Origin: a virus
Taxonomy: Duplodnaviria > Heunggongvirae > Uroviricota > Caudoviricetes
Strand: one strand, 5' to 3'
IMG/VR virus record: IMGVR_UViG_2778261657_000006
Location: 1-33,734 of that record
DNA length: 33,734 nucleotides
Within the stretch, counting starts at the first letter, position 1. Each line of letters begins with the position of its first letter. Made by a program: the position numbers and the translations under genes. The notes under the pieces are model-generated. The model did no database searches and had not been told where the DNA came from. It worked only from the letters and a program-made list of their open reading frames with translations. Positions 7,632-16,079 of this stretch are shown here, piece by piece.

Positions 7632-8375
7632 ATGAATGAAGCTTGTTCTGTTGTTTTTGTTCATTCCCCGTTTGTTGTGCTCTTTGAAGGAAAAGAGCTC
7701 TCTCTGGAAAGTGGTAGTGCACTTCTTGTCAGGGGGGGAGCTGGATCGTTATTGCCCTTTTCGGAATGTTTTCGGCGAATAAGTCTCAGTGAATCGACAA
7801 TTATCCGTTACCTGTTGTGTGGAGACGAAAAACAGGATGTAGTTTTAGTCCGGCAAATACCACGATATCTTTGCGTGAGTTTTCCCAAGGCAGAATTGAT
7901 GGGCATCCTGATTGATTATCTTTGTGAGGAAAAGATTCATACGGACAATTTAGCGGAAATGCTTTCCTTTTCGTGTCTGGCGTTTTTCTCATCAGAGAAA
8001 ATGTTTTCGTCGTTTCTGACCGCGTGTATTGGCAATATTAGTGACAGGCTTAGTGCATTGTTTCGTACGGACATTGCAGCAAACTGGACTCTGAGAGATG
8101 TGTCTTCGCGGTTATGTATCAGTGAAAGTTTGTTAAAAAAAAGACTGAAAGAAGAAGGCACCTGTTTCAGTGAGTTGTTGCTTACAGAGAGAATGAGAAT
8201 GGCAGCAATGCTGTTGAATCAATCTCGTTGCGCCATCAACAGAATCGCTGCTCAGTGTGGCTATAATTTTACATCTTATTTTATCAGCGTATTCAGGAGT
8301 TATTTTGGTGTTACACCGGCAGGTTACAGGATGGCTGCATTCAATGAGATGAGTTTAAGTGTTACTCAAGAATAA
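7632..8375 (+). CDS. AraC/XylS-family transcriptional regulator (prophage-encoded cargo)
   Basis: C-terminal AraC-type helix-turn-helix pair (WTLRDVSSRLCISESLLKKRLKEE...INRIAAQCGYNFTSYFISVFRSYFGVTPAGYR). AT-rich compared with phage core genes. Track ORF starts at TTG 7572; the first ATG is at 7632. Confidence 0.75.
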   Translation: MNEACSVVFVHSPFVVLFEGKELSLESGSALLVRGGAGSLLPFSECFRRISLSESTIIRYLLCGDEKQDVVLVRQIPRYLCVSFPKAELMGILIDYLCEEKIHTDNLAEMLSFSCLAFFSSEKMFSSFLTACIGNISDRLSALFRTDIAANWTLRDVSSRLCISESLLKKRLKEEGTCFSELLLTERMRMAAMLLNQSRCAINRIAAQCGYNFTSYFISVFRSYFGVTPAGYRMAAFNEMSLSVTQE

Positions 8376-8398
8376 TTGAATTTTGCACTCATTGAAAA

Positions 8399-8426
8399 CA
8401 GGCTCGCTGCGGCGGGCCTTTTTTAT
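8399..8426 (+). terminator. Possible rho-independent terminator after the AraC-family gene
   Basis: GC-rich imperfect hairpin (ggctcgctgcggcgggcc) followed by tttttta. Confidence 0.35.
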
Positions 8427-8554
8427 ATCCGCGCCACGTCCGGCGTACATCACATCAGATAACACCACACAAAAGGTATCTGCGGGTGCCTTTGACGGGG
8501 TGTTGTTTTTTTACGGGCCGACAGTGGCCCTTTTTTATTTACAGGAGAAAAAGT

Positions 8555-8944
8555 ATGTCTGAACCCTTATCCGGTTCCGGCACGGCTGCGGCGCTCGGTG
8601 GGGCGACGGTATTCGGGCTGTTTACCGGAACGGATTTCGGGATTGTGTTTGGTGCATTCGCAGGGGCGCTGTTTGTGGCCACGATACCACAGAAGATTTC
8701 TGTCTGGCGTGTGGCAGCGCATTTTCTGGTGTCGTTCATTGTTGGCGTGCTGGGGGCGGATGTGATGGCGTCTTACCTGGTTGAAAAACTGAATCTCCAC
8801 AGCACATCTCTCGACGCGCTTTGCGCGGTACTGGTATCGGTGGTGTCGGTGAAGATTCTCTCATTCATCCACCAGCAGGATATCGCATCGCTGGTATCCG
8901 GGCTGTTCTCCCGTCTGCGGGGTGGAGGCGGTAATGTTAAGTAA
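8555..8944 (+). CDS. Putative holin (multi-transmembrane small protein)
   Basis: ATG preceded by aggaga. About three hydrophobic transmembrane segments and a charged C-terminus. First gene of the lysis cassette, upstream of the endolysin. Confidence 0.55.
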   Translation: MSEPLSGSGTAAALGGATVFGLFTGTDFGIVFGAFAGALFVATIPQKISVWRVAAHFLVSFIVGVLGADVMASYLVEKLNLHSTSLDALCAVLVSVVSVKILSFIHQQDIASLVSGLFSRLRGGGGNVK

Positions 8945-9212
8945 CCTTCCCGGATTACTGAATGTGGTGTTAAGCACGGTTATCGTGCTGACGCTCTTTT
9001 TTTATCGTCGTGGTGAGTCGAGACATAAACCGCTGATGTCGTGGCTGGCCTGGCTGCTGATGCTGCTTTATGCCTTTGCGCCGCTTTGTTATCTGTGTGG
9101 TCGCTTTCCACCCGGTAACTGGCTGGTCGTCCTGATTAACCTGGTGTTCTGCGTGCTGGTGATACGAGCACGCGGGAACGTATCAAAAATCCTTGTATTA
9201 CGAAGGCGCTGA
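8934..9212 (+). CDS. Putative second holin/antiholin-like membrane protein
   Basis: GGAGG ribosome-binding site 5 nt upstream. Two to three transmembrane helices and a basic C-terminal tail (VLRRR). Overlaps the preceding gene end. Confidence 0.5.
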   Translation: MLSNLPGLLNVVLSTVIVLTLFFYRRGESRHKPLMSWLAWLLMLLYAFAPLCYLCGRFPPGNWLVVLINLVFCVLVIRARGNVSKILVLRRR

Positions 9213-9213
9213 T

Positions 9214-9759
9214 ATGAAGTCGAAAGATGAAATTTTTGACGAAATTCTGGGAAAAGAGGGCGGTTACGTCAATCACCCGGATGATAAAGGTGGTCCGACT
9301 AAATGGGGCATCACTGAAAAAGTTGCCCGTGCACACGGTTATCAGGGCGATATGCGTGACCTGACGCGTGGGCAGGCGCTGGAAATACTCGAGGCGGACT
9401 ACTGGTACGGACCACGATTCGACCAGGTTGAGGACCTGTCTCCTGATATTGCCGCAGAGTTGTGCGATACGGGCGTGAACATGGGGCCAACTGTGGCGTC
9501 CAGAATGCTTCAGCGCTGGCTGAACGTTTTCAACCTGCGCGGGAAACTCTATCCGGATATGGATGCAGATGGACGCATCGGGCCGCGTACTCTTAATGCA
9601 TTACGGGCATATCTGAAAAATCGCAGCAGGGATGGTGAACTGGTACTGGTGAAAGCCCTGAACTGTACGCAGGGCGAGCGTTATCTGGAGCTGGCAGAGA
9701 AACGCGAGGCCAATGAGTCGTTTGTCTATGGCTGGATGAAAGAGCGCGTGGTGGTTTAA
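9214..9759 (+). CDS. Endolysin, glycoside hydrolase family 108-like with a C-terminal peptidoglycan-binding domain
   Basis: N-terminus MKSKDEIFDEILGKEGGYVNHPDDKGGPTKWGIT is the typical GH108 start (EGGY...D.GG.T..GIT). C-terminal PG_binding_3-like region. Family recalled, not searched. Confidence 0.7.
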   Translation: MKSKDEIFDEILGKEGGYVNHPDDKGGPTKWGITEKVARAHGYQGDMRDLTRGQALEILEADYWYGPRFDQVEDLSPDIAAELCDTGVNMGPTVASRMLQRWLNVFNLRGKLYPDMDADGRIGPRTLNALRAYLKNRSRDGELVLVKALNCTQGERYLELAEKREANESFVYGWMKERVVV

Positions 9760-9854
9760 AAACTGACACTGAAGTGCTGAACACCCTCAACTCATGCAGG
9801 CTCTTTTCTGGGGCTACGATGAGCGAAAGTAAGGGGCATAGCATCAGATAGCAA

Positions 9855-9890
9855 AAACCCCGGCTGCGGTAACAGTCCGGGGTTTTCTGT
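9855..9890 (+). terminator. Rho-independent terminator after the endolysin
   Basis: ccccgg...ccgggg stem followed by ttttctgttt. Confidence 0.55.
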
Positions 9891-9919
9891 TTCTGGCCCT
9901 GGGTAAGGCAAAGGAGAAC

Positions 9920-10102
9920 ATGAGGAAGTATAAACTAATTCTGTTGAGGTTGACTATGAAAAACGGCCTTGAATTGAAAGCGCCTGTAACTGATGACATC
10001 AGCAGAGCGGTGGCTTTTGCCATTAAGTGGGGGGCGGTCGGTATCGCTGTGTCTCCGATGCTGTATGGGATGGCAAAATTGATCATTGCTGTGAAATCGT
10101 AA
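9920..10102 (+). CDS. Small hydrophobic protein (60 aa)
   Basis: Strong AAGGAG ribosome-binding site 5 nt upstream of the ATG. C-terminal transmembrane-like segment. No recognisable family. Confidence 0.4.
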   Translation: MRKYKLILLRLTMKNGLELKAPVTDDISRAVAFAIKWGAVGIAVSPMLYGMAKLIIAVKS

Positions 10103-10119
10103 GTGGGGCAGGGGTAAAT

Positions 10120-10254
10120 ATGTCAGATAGCATTATAAAACTGGCGCGAATTCTCTGTGTGGTTGTTGGCCTTTCATTTTCAGCAATGTTGGTTGCCATT
10201 TTCATTTCCACCGCCTGGCGAGTATTGAGCTTATCCGGATTGATTGGTGGATAG
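10120..10254 (+). CDS. Small membrane protein (44 aa)
   Basis: ATG at 10120 within track ORF 10027..10254. Single transmembrane helix (ILCVVVGLSFSAMLVAIFI). Confidence 0.3.
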   Translation: MSDSIIKLARILCVVVGLSFSAMLVAIFISTAWRVLSLSGLIGG

Positions 10255-10258
10255 TGAG

Positions 10259-10441
10259 ATGAAGCGAAAACACTGGACACACAGAATGCCGCGAACGGCG
10301 GCGAAATGGGCACTGGTAGCGATACTGGTGCCTTTTTTCCTGGTGGGATGCGTCAGCCTGGATAAGGCGCGCCAGCTTTTCGATACGGCCTCGCAGGTCT
10401 GCGAAATTGTCGAAAGTGCCAGGCAGTGTATGCAGAACTGA
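10259..10441 (+). CDS. Small lipoprotein (60 aa): possible o-spanin-like or exclusion lipoprotein
   Basis: Signal peptide with lipobox FLVGC (MKRKHWTHRMPRTAAKWALVAILVPFFLVGC...). Confidence 0.45.
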   Translation: MKRKHWTHRMPRTAAKWALVAILVPFFLVGCVSLDKARQLFDTASQVCEIVESARQCMQN

Positions 10442-10528
10442 TCGCCTGTAAGAACAGAATATTGTTGAATCTAAATTTACTTTGAACAGTGGCCCGGATG
10501 GAAAGGGCATCTAAATAGGAGCAGAAAA

Positions 10529-10738
10529 ATGTTAACTGTAAAAGTCATGTCTCAAAATGGTGGGGAAGAGATCCATTGCGGGCGTAGCATTGGCTATCAT
10601 CCAGAGCAGCGGAGTATTGCCGTATCGGGAAAGGATGGGAAAGTCATTCTGAAAGATGGAGATATTGCTTATGTAATGAACCAAAACGCTCAAATAATAT
10701 CTGTTTATCGGCCCAATAATAGTCAGAAAAACATTTGA
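10529..10738 (+). CDS. Hypothetical protein (69 aa)
   Basis: AGGAG ribosome-binding site 8 nt upstream. Lies in an AT-rich cargo region. No recognisable family. Confidence 0.45.
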   Translation: MLTVKVMSQNGGEEIHCGRSIGYHPEQRSIAVSGKDGKVILKDGDIAYVMNQNAQIISVYRPNNSQKNI

Positions 10739-10861
10739 ATTTCGCAAGGCCAAAGTTCAGTGGTGATCGTTATCAACTAATTGAAATAACAAGCTTATGT
10801 TTGTGTAATTGGTGATATAGCATGTTAATGCTGAATATCAGCGTCAACATGGAGTTATACA

Positions 10862-11077
10862 ATGGTTTTTAAACACTATTACGTGAACAAAAATGCTCAG
10901 AGCAATGGCGATCATGAGGTGCATGCTGAGGAATGTTCATATCTTCCTGCTGTAGCTAACCGCGATTACCTTGGTTACTATAGTGATTGTTCTTCGGCGG
11001 TAACAGAGGCAAAGGCCAAAGGATATTCCCGGGTGAATGGTTGCTATTGGTGTGCCAATAAGTGCCACACGTCTTAA
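10862..11077 (+). CDS. Hypothetical small Cys-rich protein (71 aa)
   Basis: GGAG ribosome-binding site upstream. Cys residues at CSYL, DCSS, GCYWCANKCH suggest a metal-binding or disulfide-stabilised fold. Followed by a clean terminator. Confidence 0.5.
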   Translation: MVFKHYYVNKNAQSNGDHEVHAEECSYLPAVANRDYLGYYSDCSSAVTEAKAKGYSRVNGCYWCANKCHTS

Positions 11078-11096
11078 TCAATTGTCAATAAACCAT

Positions 11097-11120
11097 AAAG
11101 GCCGCTCTGCGGCCTTTTTC
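11097..11120 (+). terminator. Rho-independent terminator
   Basis: ggccgc-tct-gcggcc stem followed by tttttc. Confidence 0.6.
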
Positions 11121-11140
11121 ATGTTAAAAAAGATTGCGGC

Positions 11141-11177
11141 ATTACAGCAGCCCTTCACTCTAAGGGGCTGCTGTAAT
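11141..11177. repeat. 13-bp perfect inverted repeat (attacagcagccc / gggctgctgtaat) with an 11-nt loop
   Basis: Direct reading. Followed by two copies of aataaaaaaccgg (about 11185 and 11319). Confidence 0.5.
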
Positions 11178-11499
11178 GTGAGAAATAAAAAACCGGTCAC
11201 AGGGAGCAGCTACACAGAACCGGCCGGCGAAGACCGCCAATACCACCCATGCATTGATGCAACATACTAATTACAATAGCCGCTATTGATGTAAATGCAA
11301 TGTTATGCATCGACGAAAATAAAAAACCGGCAGGGGAAATCCATTGAAGATTTGCCGGTGGCAAAAGAGGGCCATGTTTTTAACCTTAGTCGCAGAGTTA
11401 CGGAGTGCAACTACGAATGCTGCCGGTATATGGCTGAATGGCGTTTCAATGATGTACGTCATCTTATCTGTAAATGTTAATGATAAACGCTCTCATTTG

Positions 11500-11560
11500 T
11501 GCGGGTCCTCCCGGTGTAGTGGCCTTACCACGGGGCGGGAGCGGCGCGGAAAACGGCTAG
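11500..11560. other. Putative cos site (cosN-like)
   Basis: cgggtcctcccggtg...acggggcgggagcggcgcgg resembles the lambda cosN region (cgggtcctttccggtg...acggggcggcgacctcgcgg) as recalled from memory. Lies about 200 bp upstream of the terminase small subunit gene with AT-rich DNA in between. Confidence 0.45.
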
Positions 11561-11717
11561 TTTTTTGCATTTTCATGGTGGCGGCAGCATGTGAGGTAAT
11601 TTATTGATAATTAAAAGCTATTTCCATTTTCACCTGTACAATATTTTTTTCTCCCTGTCATTAGACCAGTTTGCAATTGATTGATATATATAAATAAATC
11701 TGATTTTTACCTGCCGG

Positions 11718-12266
11718 ATGGAGTTGCCTATGTCAAATGTGATTGGGATCGGTGATGCTTATCACTGGAGTGTTTTTAAAATCGCCGAGGCTTTTGGACT
11801 TCATCGGGACACAGTAAAAAAACGTCTCCTCGCAGCCAACACTCCTGTGGCTGCAACTGTCAAAGGAAACCCCGTTTATGCCCTGCAGCATGTCGGCCCT
11901 GCCCTGTTTGGCCCGAAGCATGAGGCAGTAGACTCTGTTCATGATCCATCCCGGATGGAGCCGAAAGAGAGAAAGGACTGGTACCAGTCTGAAAATGAAA
12001 GGATCAAGCTGGAAAAGGAACAGCGAAAACTCATCCCTGTCGATGAAGTGGTCATCGTCTATTCATCCATGAGAAAGGCTGTCGTTCAGGTTCTGGAAAC
12101 CATTCCGGATATTCTGGAACGCGATTGCGCCCTGACTCCTCAGGCTGTTGGTGTCGTACAGCAGGCCATTGATGACCTGCGATACACCCTTCAGGAAAAA
12201 TCCTACGAGGCCTGTGCTGCTGAATTAATTTCTGATGAGGAAGGAGAGAGTCTCGAGGAGGAATAA
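11718..12266 (+). CDS. Terminase small subunit (Nu1-like)
   Basis: N-terminal helix-turn-helix-like region and acidic C-terminus. Immediately upstream of, and overlapping, the large terminase start. The likely true start is ATG 11730, which has a GGAG ribosome-binding site. Confidence 0.65.
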   Translation: MELPMSNVIGIGDAYHWSVFKIAEAFGLHRDTVKKRLLAANTPVAATVKGNPVYALQHVGPALFGPKHEAVDSVHDPSRMEPKERKDWYQSENERIKLEKEQRKLIPVDEVVIVYSSMRKAVVQVLETIPDILERDCALTPQAVGVVQQAIDDLRYTLQEKSYEACAAELISDEEGESLEEE

Positions 12267-14365
12267 TGGGTTTTTCATCAGCCCGAAACCTTGGCAGGGA
12301 CATATCTGCAGGATTTTCCCCACCACGTCGTATGCCGATTTCGGAGGCTGTTAAAAAATTCATGCGTGTTCCCAAAGGGGCTGGTAACTCGGTACCATGG
12401 GATCCTGAACTGACACCCTACATCATTGAGCCCATGAACTGCCTGGCATCGCGTGAATACGATGCGGTGATTTTTGTTGGCCCTGCGCGGACAGGGAAGA
12501 CCATCGGTCTGATCGATGGATGGATTGTCTATACCATCGTTTGCGATCCTTCGGACATGCTCGTCGTGCAGATGACCGAAGATAAGGCCCGCGAGCATTC
12601 TAAAAAGCGGCTCGACAGAACGTTCAGAAGTAGTGCGGCGGTAAAGAAAAGAATGAGTCCACGTCGTAACGATAATAATGTCCATGATAAGACGTTTAGG
12701 GATGGCTCGTTCCTTAAAATTGGTTGGCCCTCGGTCAACATTATGTCATCGTCGGATTACCGGTTTGTCGCCTTAACCGATTATGACCGTTTTCCGGAGA
12801 ATATCGACAGCGAGGGTGATGGTTTCTCCCTGGCCTCAAAACGTACCACCACATTTATGTCCGCCGGAATGACTCTGGTGGAGAGCTCGCCGGGACGTGA
12901 CATCTGTGACAGCAAATGGCGACGTAAGTCGCCCCATGAAGCGCCACCGACGACCGGTATTCTTTCCCTTTACAATCGTGGTGATCGCCGCCGCTGGTAC
13001 TGGCCATGTCCGCACTGCGGTGAATATTTTCAGCCAGCCATGGATACCATGACCGGCTATCGGGATGAACCAGATCCCTTTAAAGCCAGTGAGGCAGCGT
13101 ATCTACTTTGCCCGCACTGCAGCGGCGTTATCACTGCGGATAAAAAGCGTGAGCTCAATAGTGCAGGAGTCTGGTTGCGTGAAGGTCAGGACATTGATTG
13201 TAACGGCAACATTTCCGGTGAACCGCGCCGCTCCCGTATCGCCAGTTTTTGGATGGAGGGGCCCGCTGCCGCTTATCAGACCTGGGCGCAACTGATTTAT
13301 AAGTTGTTGACCGCCGAACAGGAATACGAGGCAACCGGAAGCGAAGAAACACTCAAGACGGTTATCAATACCGACTGGGGATTACCTTATCTTCCCCGCG
13401 CCAGCATGGAGCAACGAAAAAGTGAACTGCTTGAGCAGCGGGCGGAGCCAGTTCCTTCCCGCAGTGTGCCGGATGGCGTTAATTTCCTTGTGGCGACGGT
13501 GGATGTACAGGCGGGACGTCATCGCCGTTTTGTGGTTCAGGTAACGGGCTATGGTAGTCGCGGCGAGCGCTGGATAGTTGATCGTTACAACATCACGCAG
13601 TCGTTACGTTGTGACAATAATGGAGAAAGCCTGCGTATTGACCCTGCCGGTTATCCGGAAGACTGGGATGTCCTGCTGACGGATGTTTTTCATAAAAGCT
13701 GGCTGCTGGCCTCCGATCCTTCTCAACAAATGCGACTGATGGCAATGGCGGTGGACTCCGGCGGTGAAGACGGGGTCACTGATAATGCCTATAAATTCTG
13801 GCGTCGTTGCCGTCGTGATGGCCTTGGTAAACGTATTTACCTGTTTAAGGGCGACAGCATCCGGCGCGCAAAACTGATCACCCGTACATTCCCTGATAAC
13901 ACCGGACGAACGGGCCGACGGGCGCAGGCTGCGGGTGATGTGCCTCTCTGGCTTCTTCAGACTGACGCTCTGAAAGACCGGGTTAATAACGCGTTATGGC
14001 GTGATTCTCCCGGTCCTGGCTATGTGCATTTTCCCGACTGGCTGGGGAGCTGGTTTTACGACGAATTGACGTATGAAGAGCGGAGCAGTGACGGGAAATG
14101 GAGTAAGCCGGGGCGCGGTGCGAACGAAGCCTTTGACCTGATGGTGTATGCCGAGGCGCTGGTCATTCTGCATGGGTACGAGAAAATTCAGTGGCCTGAT
14201 GCGCCGGAGTGGGCGTGCCGGGAAACCTGGCTGGAGTGTGTCAGTGACAACGCGGAGCCACCTGTTCTGCCGGAGCCGGAACGTCCCCCGGCCAGAAAGA
14301 AGAAACGAAAAAAAATGGCACCCGATGAGGATAACCCCTGGGTGACATCCGGAGGATGGTTATGA
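12266..14365 (+). CDS. Terminase large subunit (lambda gpA family)
   Basis: 699 aa. Walker A-like VGPARTGKT, CPHCG zinc-ribbon-like motif as in lambda gpA, ATGA overlap with the small subunit stop. Confidence 0.8.
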   Translation: MGFSSARNLGRDISAGFSPPRRMPISEAVKKFMRVPKGAGNSVPWDPELTPYIIEPMNCLASREYDAVIFVGPARTGKTIGLIDGWIVYTIVCDPSDMLVVQMTEDKAREHSKKRLDRTFRSSAAVKKRMSPRRNDNNVHDKTFRDGSFLKIGWPSVNIMSSSDYRFVALTDYDRFPENIDSEGDGFSLASKRTTTFMSAGMTLVESSPGRDICDSKWRRKSPHEAPPTTGILSLYNRGDRRRWYWPCPHCGEYFQPAMDTMTGYRDEPDPFKASEAAYLLCPHCSGVITADKKRELNSAGVWLREGQDIDCNGNISGEPRRSRIASFWMEGPAAAYQTWAQLIYKLLTAEQEYEATGSEETLKTVINTDWGLPYLPRASMEQRKSELLEQRAEPVPSRSVPDGVNFLVATVDVQAGRHRRFVVQVTGYGSRGERWIVDRYNITQSLRCDNNGESLRIDPAGYPEDWDVLLTDVFHKSWLLASDPSQQMRLMAMAVDSGGEDGVTDNAYKFWRRCRRDGLGKRIYLFKGDSIRRAKLITRTFPDNTGRTGRRAQAAGDVPLWLLQTDALKDRVNNALWRDSPGPGYVHFPDWLGSWFYDELTYEERSSDGKWSKPGRGANEAFDLMVYAEALVILHGYEKIQWPDAPEWACRETWLECVSDNAEPPVLPEPERPPARKKKRKKMAPDEDNPWVTSGGWL

Positions 14366-14574
14366 ATCAGAATGATATTGAAGCCATGATCCAGCGTTAT
14401 ATCGATGCGGAAATGGCTGTGCTGGACGGTAAATCCGTCACCTTTAATGGTCAGCAGATGACCATGGAAAATTTGTCCGAGATCCGACAGGGCCGCCAGG
14501 AGTGGGAGCGGCGGCTTGCTGCCCTGACTGCGCGGCGGCGGGGGGATCCTGGGTATAAACTGGCGAGGTTCTGA
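14356..14574 (+). CDS. Head-tail joining protein gpW-like
   Basis: 72 aa in the lambda W position between terminase and portal. C-terminal RRRGDPGYKLARF resembles the lambda W C-terminus. Confidence 0.65.
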   Translation: MVMNQNDIEAMIQRYIDAEMAVLDGKSVTFNGQQMTMENLSEIRQGRQEWERRLAALTARRRGDPGYKLARF

Positions 14575-16079
14575 TGGCAATTCTGGATGATGTGATTGGT
14601 GTTTTTTCACCAGGCTGGAAGGCGGCGAGATTGCGCTCAAGAGCGTTAATTCGCGCTTATGAGGCCGTAAAACCCACCCGCACACACAAAGCCCGACGGG
14701 AAAACCGTTCTGCTGACCAGCTCAGTAAGTATGGGGCGGTTTCCCTGCGGGAGCAGGCCCGTTTTCTGGATATCAATCATGACCTGGTAATCGGTGCTTT
14801 CGACAAACTTGAGGAGCGGGTGATTGGTGCAAAGGGGATCATTGTTGAACCCCAGCCATTACTGAAAAACGGTGATATGGCCACAGAAGTGGCAATGATT
14901 ATCCGTCGTTTGTGGTCGGAATGGTCTGTCAGTCCGGATGTGACCGGGCAGTATACGCGCCCCATGCTCGAGCGTCTGCTGCTGCGTACCTGGTTACGTG
15001 ATGGTGAAGTGTTTGCCCAGATGGTCAGAGGCGCAGGTGCCGGGCTGGTCTGGACTGCCGGCGTGCCTTTCTGGCTCGAGGCAATAGAGCCGGATTTTGT
15101 GCCCATGCTCAGTGATGAGTCCGCGGGAATGAATCAGGGGGTTTTTCTGGATGAGTGGGGCAGGCCGAAAAAATACCTGGTTTATAAAAATTATCCGGTT
15201 ACCGGCCGACAGAGTGATACCAAAGAGATCGCCGCTGAAAATATGGTGCATCTGAAGTTTACCCGCCGGCTGCATCAGACGCGTGGTACATCCATGTTGT
15301 CAGGTGTGTTGATGCGGATCAGTGCGCTTAAGGAATATGAAGATGCTGAACTGACAGCGGCGCGTATTGCTGCGGCTCTGGGGCTGTATATCCGTAAAGG
15401 AGACGGACAGGATTATGAAGACGTTGTGACAAATAAAGATAATGACCGGGAACTGCATATCACTCCCGGCATTATTTATGACGATCTGCGCAAGGGGGAA
15501 GATATTGGCATGGTCAAATCCGATCGGCCTAACCCTAACCTGGAAACTTTTCGTAATGGTCAGTTGCGGGCCGTGGCGGCGGGCACACGTCTGAGTTTTT
15601 CCAGTGCAGCACGTAACTATAACGGTACCTACAGCGCCCAGCGACAGGAACTGGTCGAGTCCACCGATGGTTATCTGATCATGCAGGACTGTTTTATTGG
15701 TGCTGTAACCCGTCCGGTGTACCGGGCATGGCTGAATATGGTGGTTGCCGCTGGGTTGCTGAAAATCCCGCCGGATGTCGATATGAAAACGTTATATAAC
15801 GCAACATATTCTGGTCCGGTGATGCCGTGGATCGACCCTGTCAAGGAGGCTGAAGCCTGGAAAATCCAGATCCGTGGTGGTGCGGCGACAGAATCAGACT
15901 GGGTGCGCGCCAGTGGGCGTAATCCGGATGATGTCAAACGTCGGCGCAAGGCCGAAATTGATGAAAACCGCAGGCTGGAGCTGGTGTTTGATACCGATCC
16001 AGCCTGCGATAAAGGAGGTGGTAATGCTGAAACAGAACGCGTGGTTCCGCGGCGAACCGAAGGCCAGCCTGAAGAATAA
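14574..16079 (+). CDS. Portal protein (lambda gpB family)
   Basis: 501 aa, in portal position and of portal size. Overlaps the W stop (TGATGG). Confidence 0.75.
   Translation: MAILDDVIGVFSPGWKAARLRSRALIRAYEAVKPTRTHKARRENRSADQLSKYGAVSLREQARFLDINHDLVIGAFDKLEERVIGAKGIIVEPQPLLKNGDMATEVAMIIRRLWSEWSVSPDVTGQYTRPMLERLLLRTWLRDGEVFAQMVRGAGAGLVWTAGVPFWLEAIEPDFVPMLSDESAGMNQGVFLDEWGRPKKYLVYKNYPVTGRQSDTKEIAAENMVHLKFTRRLHQTRGTSMLSGVLMRISALKEYEDAELTAARIAAALGLYIRKGDGQDYEDVVTNKDNDRELHITPGIIYDDLRKGEDIGMVKSDRPNPNLETFRNGQLRAVAAGTRLSFSSAARNYNGTYSAQRQELVESTDGYLIMQDCFIGAVTRPVYRAWLNMVVAAGLLKIPPDVDMKTLYNATYSGPVMPWIDPVKEAEAWKIQIRGGAATESDWVRASGRNPDDVKRRRKAEIDENRRLELVFDTDPACDKGGGNAETERVVPRRTEGQPEE

Noticed and set aside
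6650-8450. Looked for stx or other toxin genes and tRNA genes in the Q-to-lysis interval
   Set aside because: No ORF resembling the Stx A/B subunits, and no tRNA-like sequence (no conserved T-arm GGTTCGAATCC-type motif) was seen. The interval carries the antirepressor-like and AraC-family genes instead.
12278-12741. Minus-strand ORFs of 135 and 70 aa
   Set aside because: Antisense to the terminase large subunit gene; no independent support.
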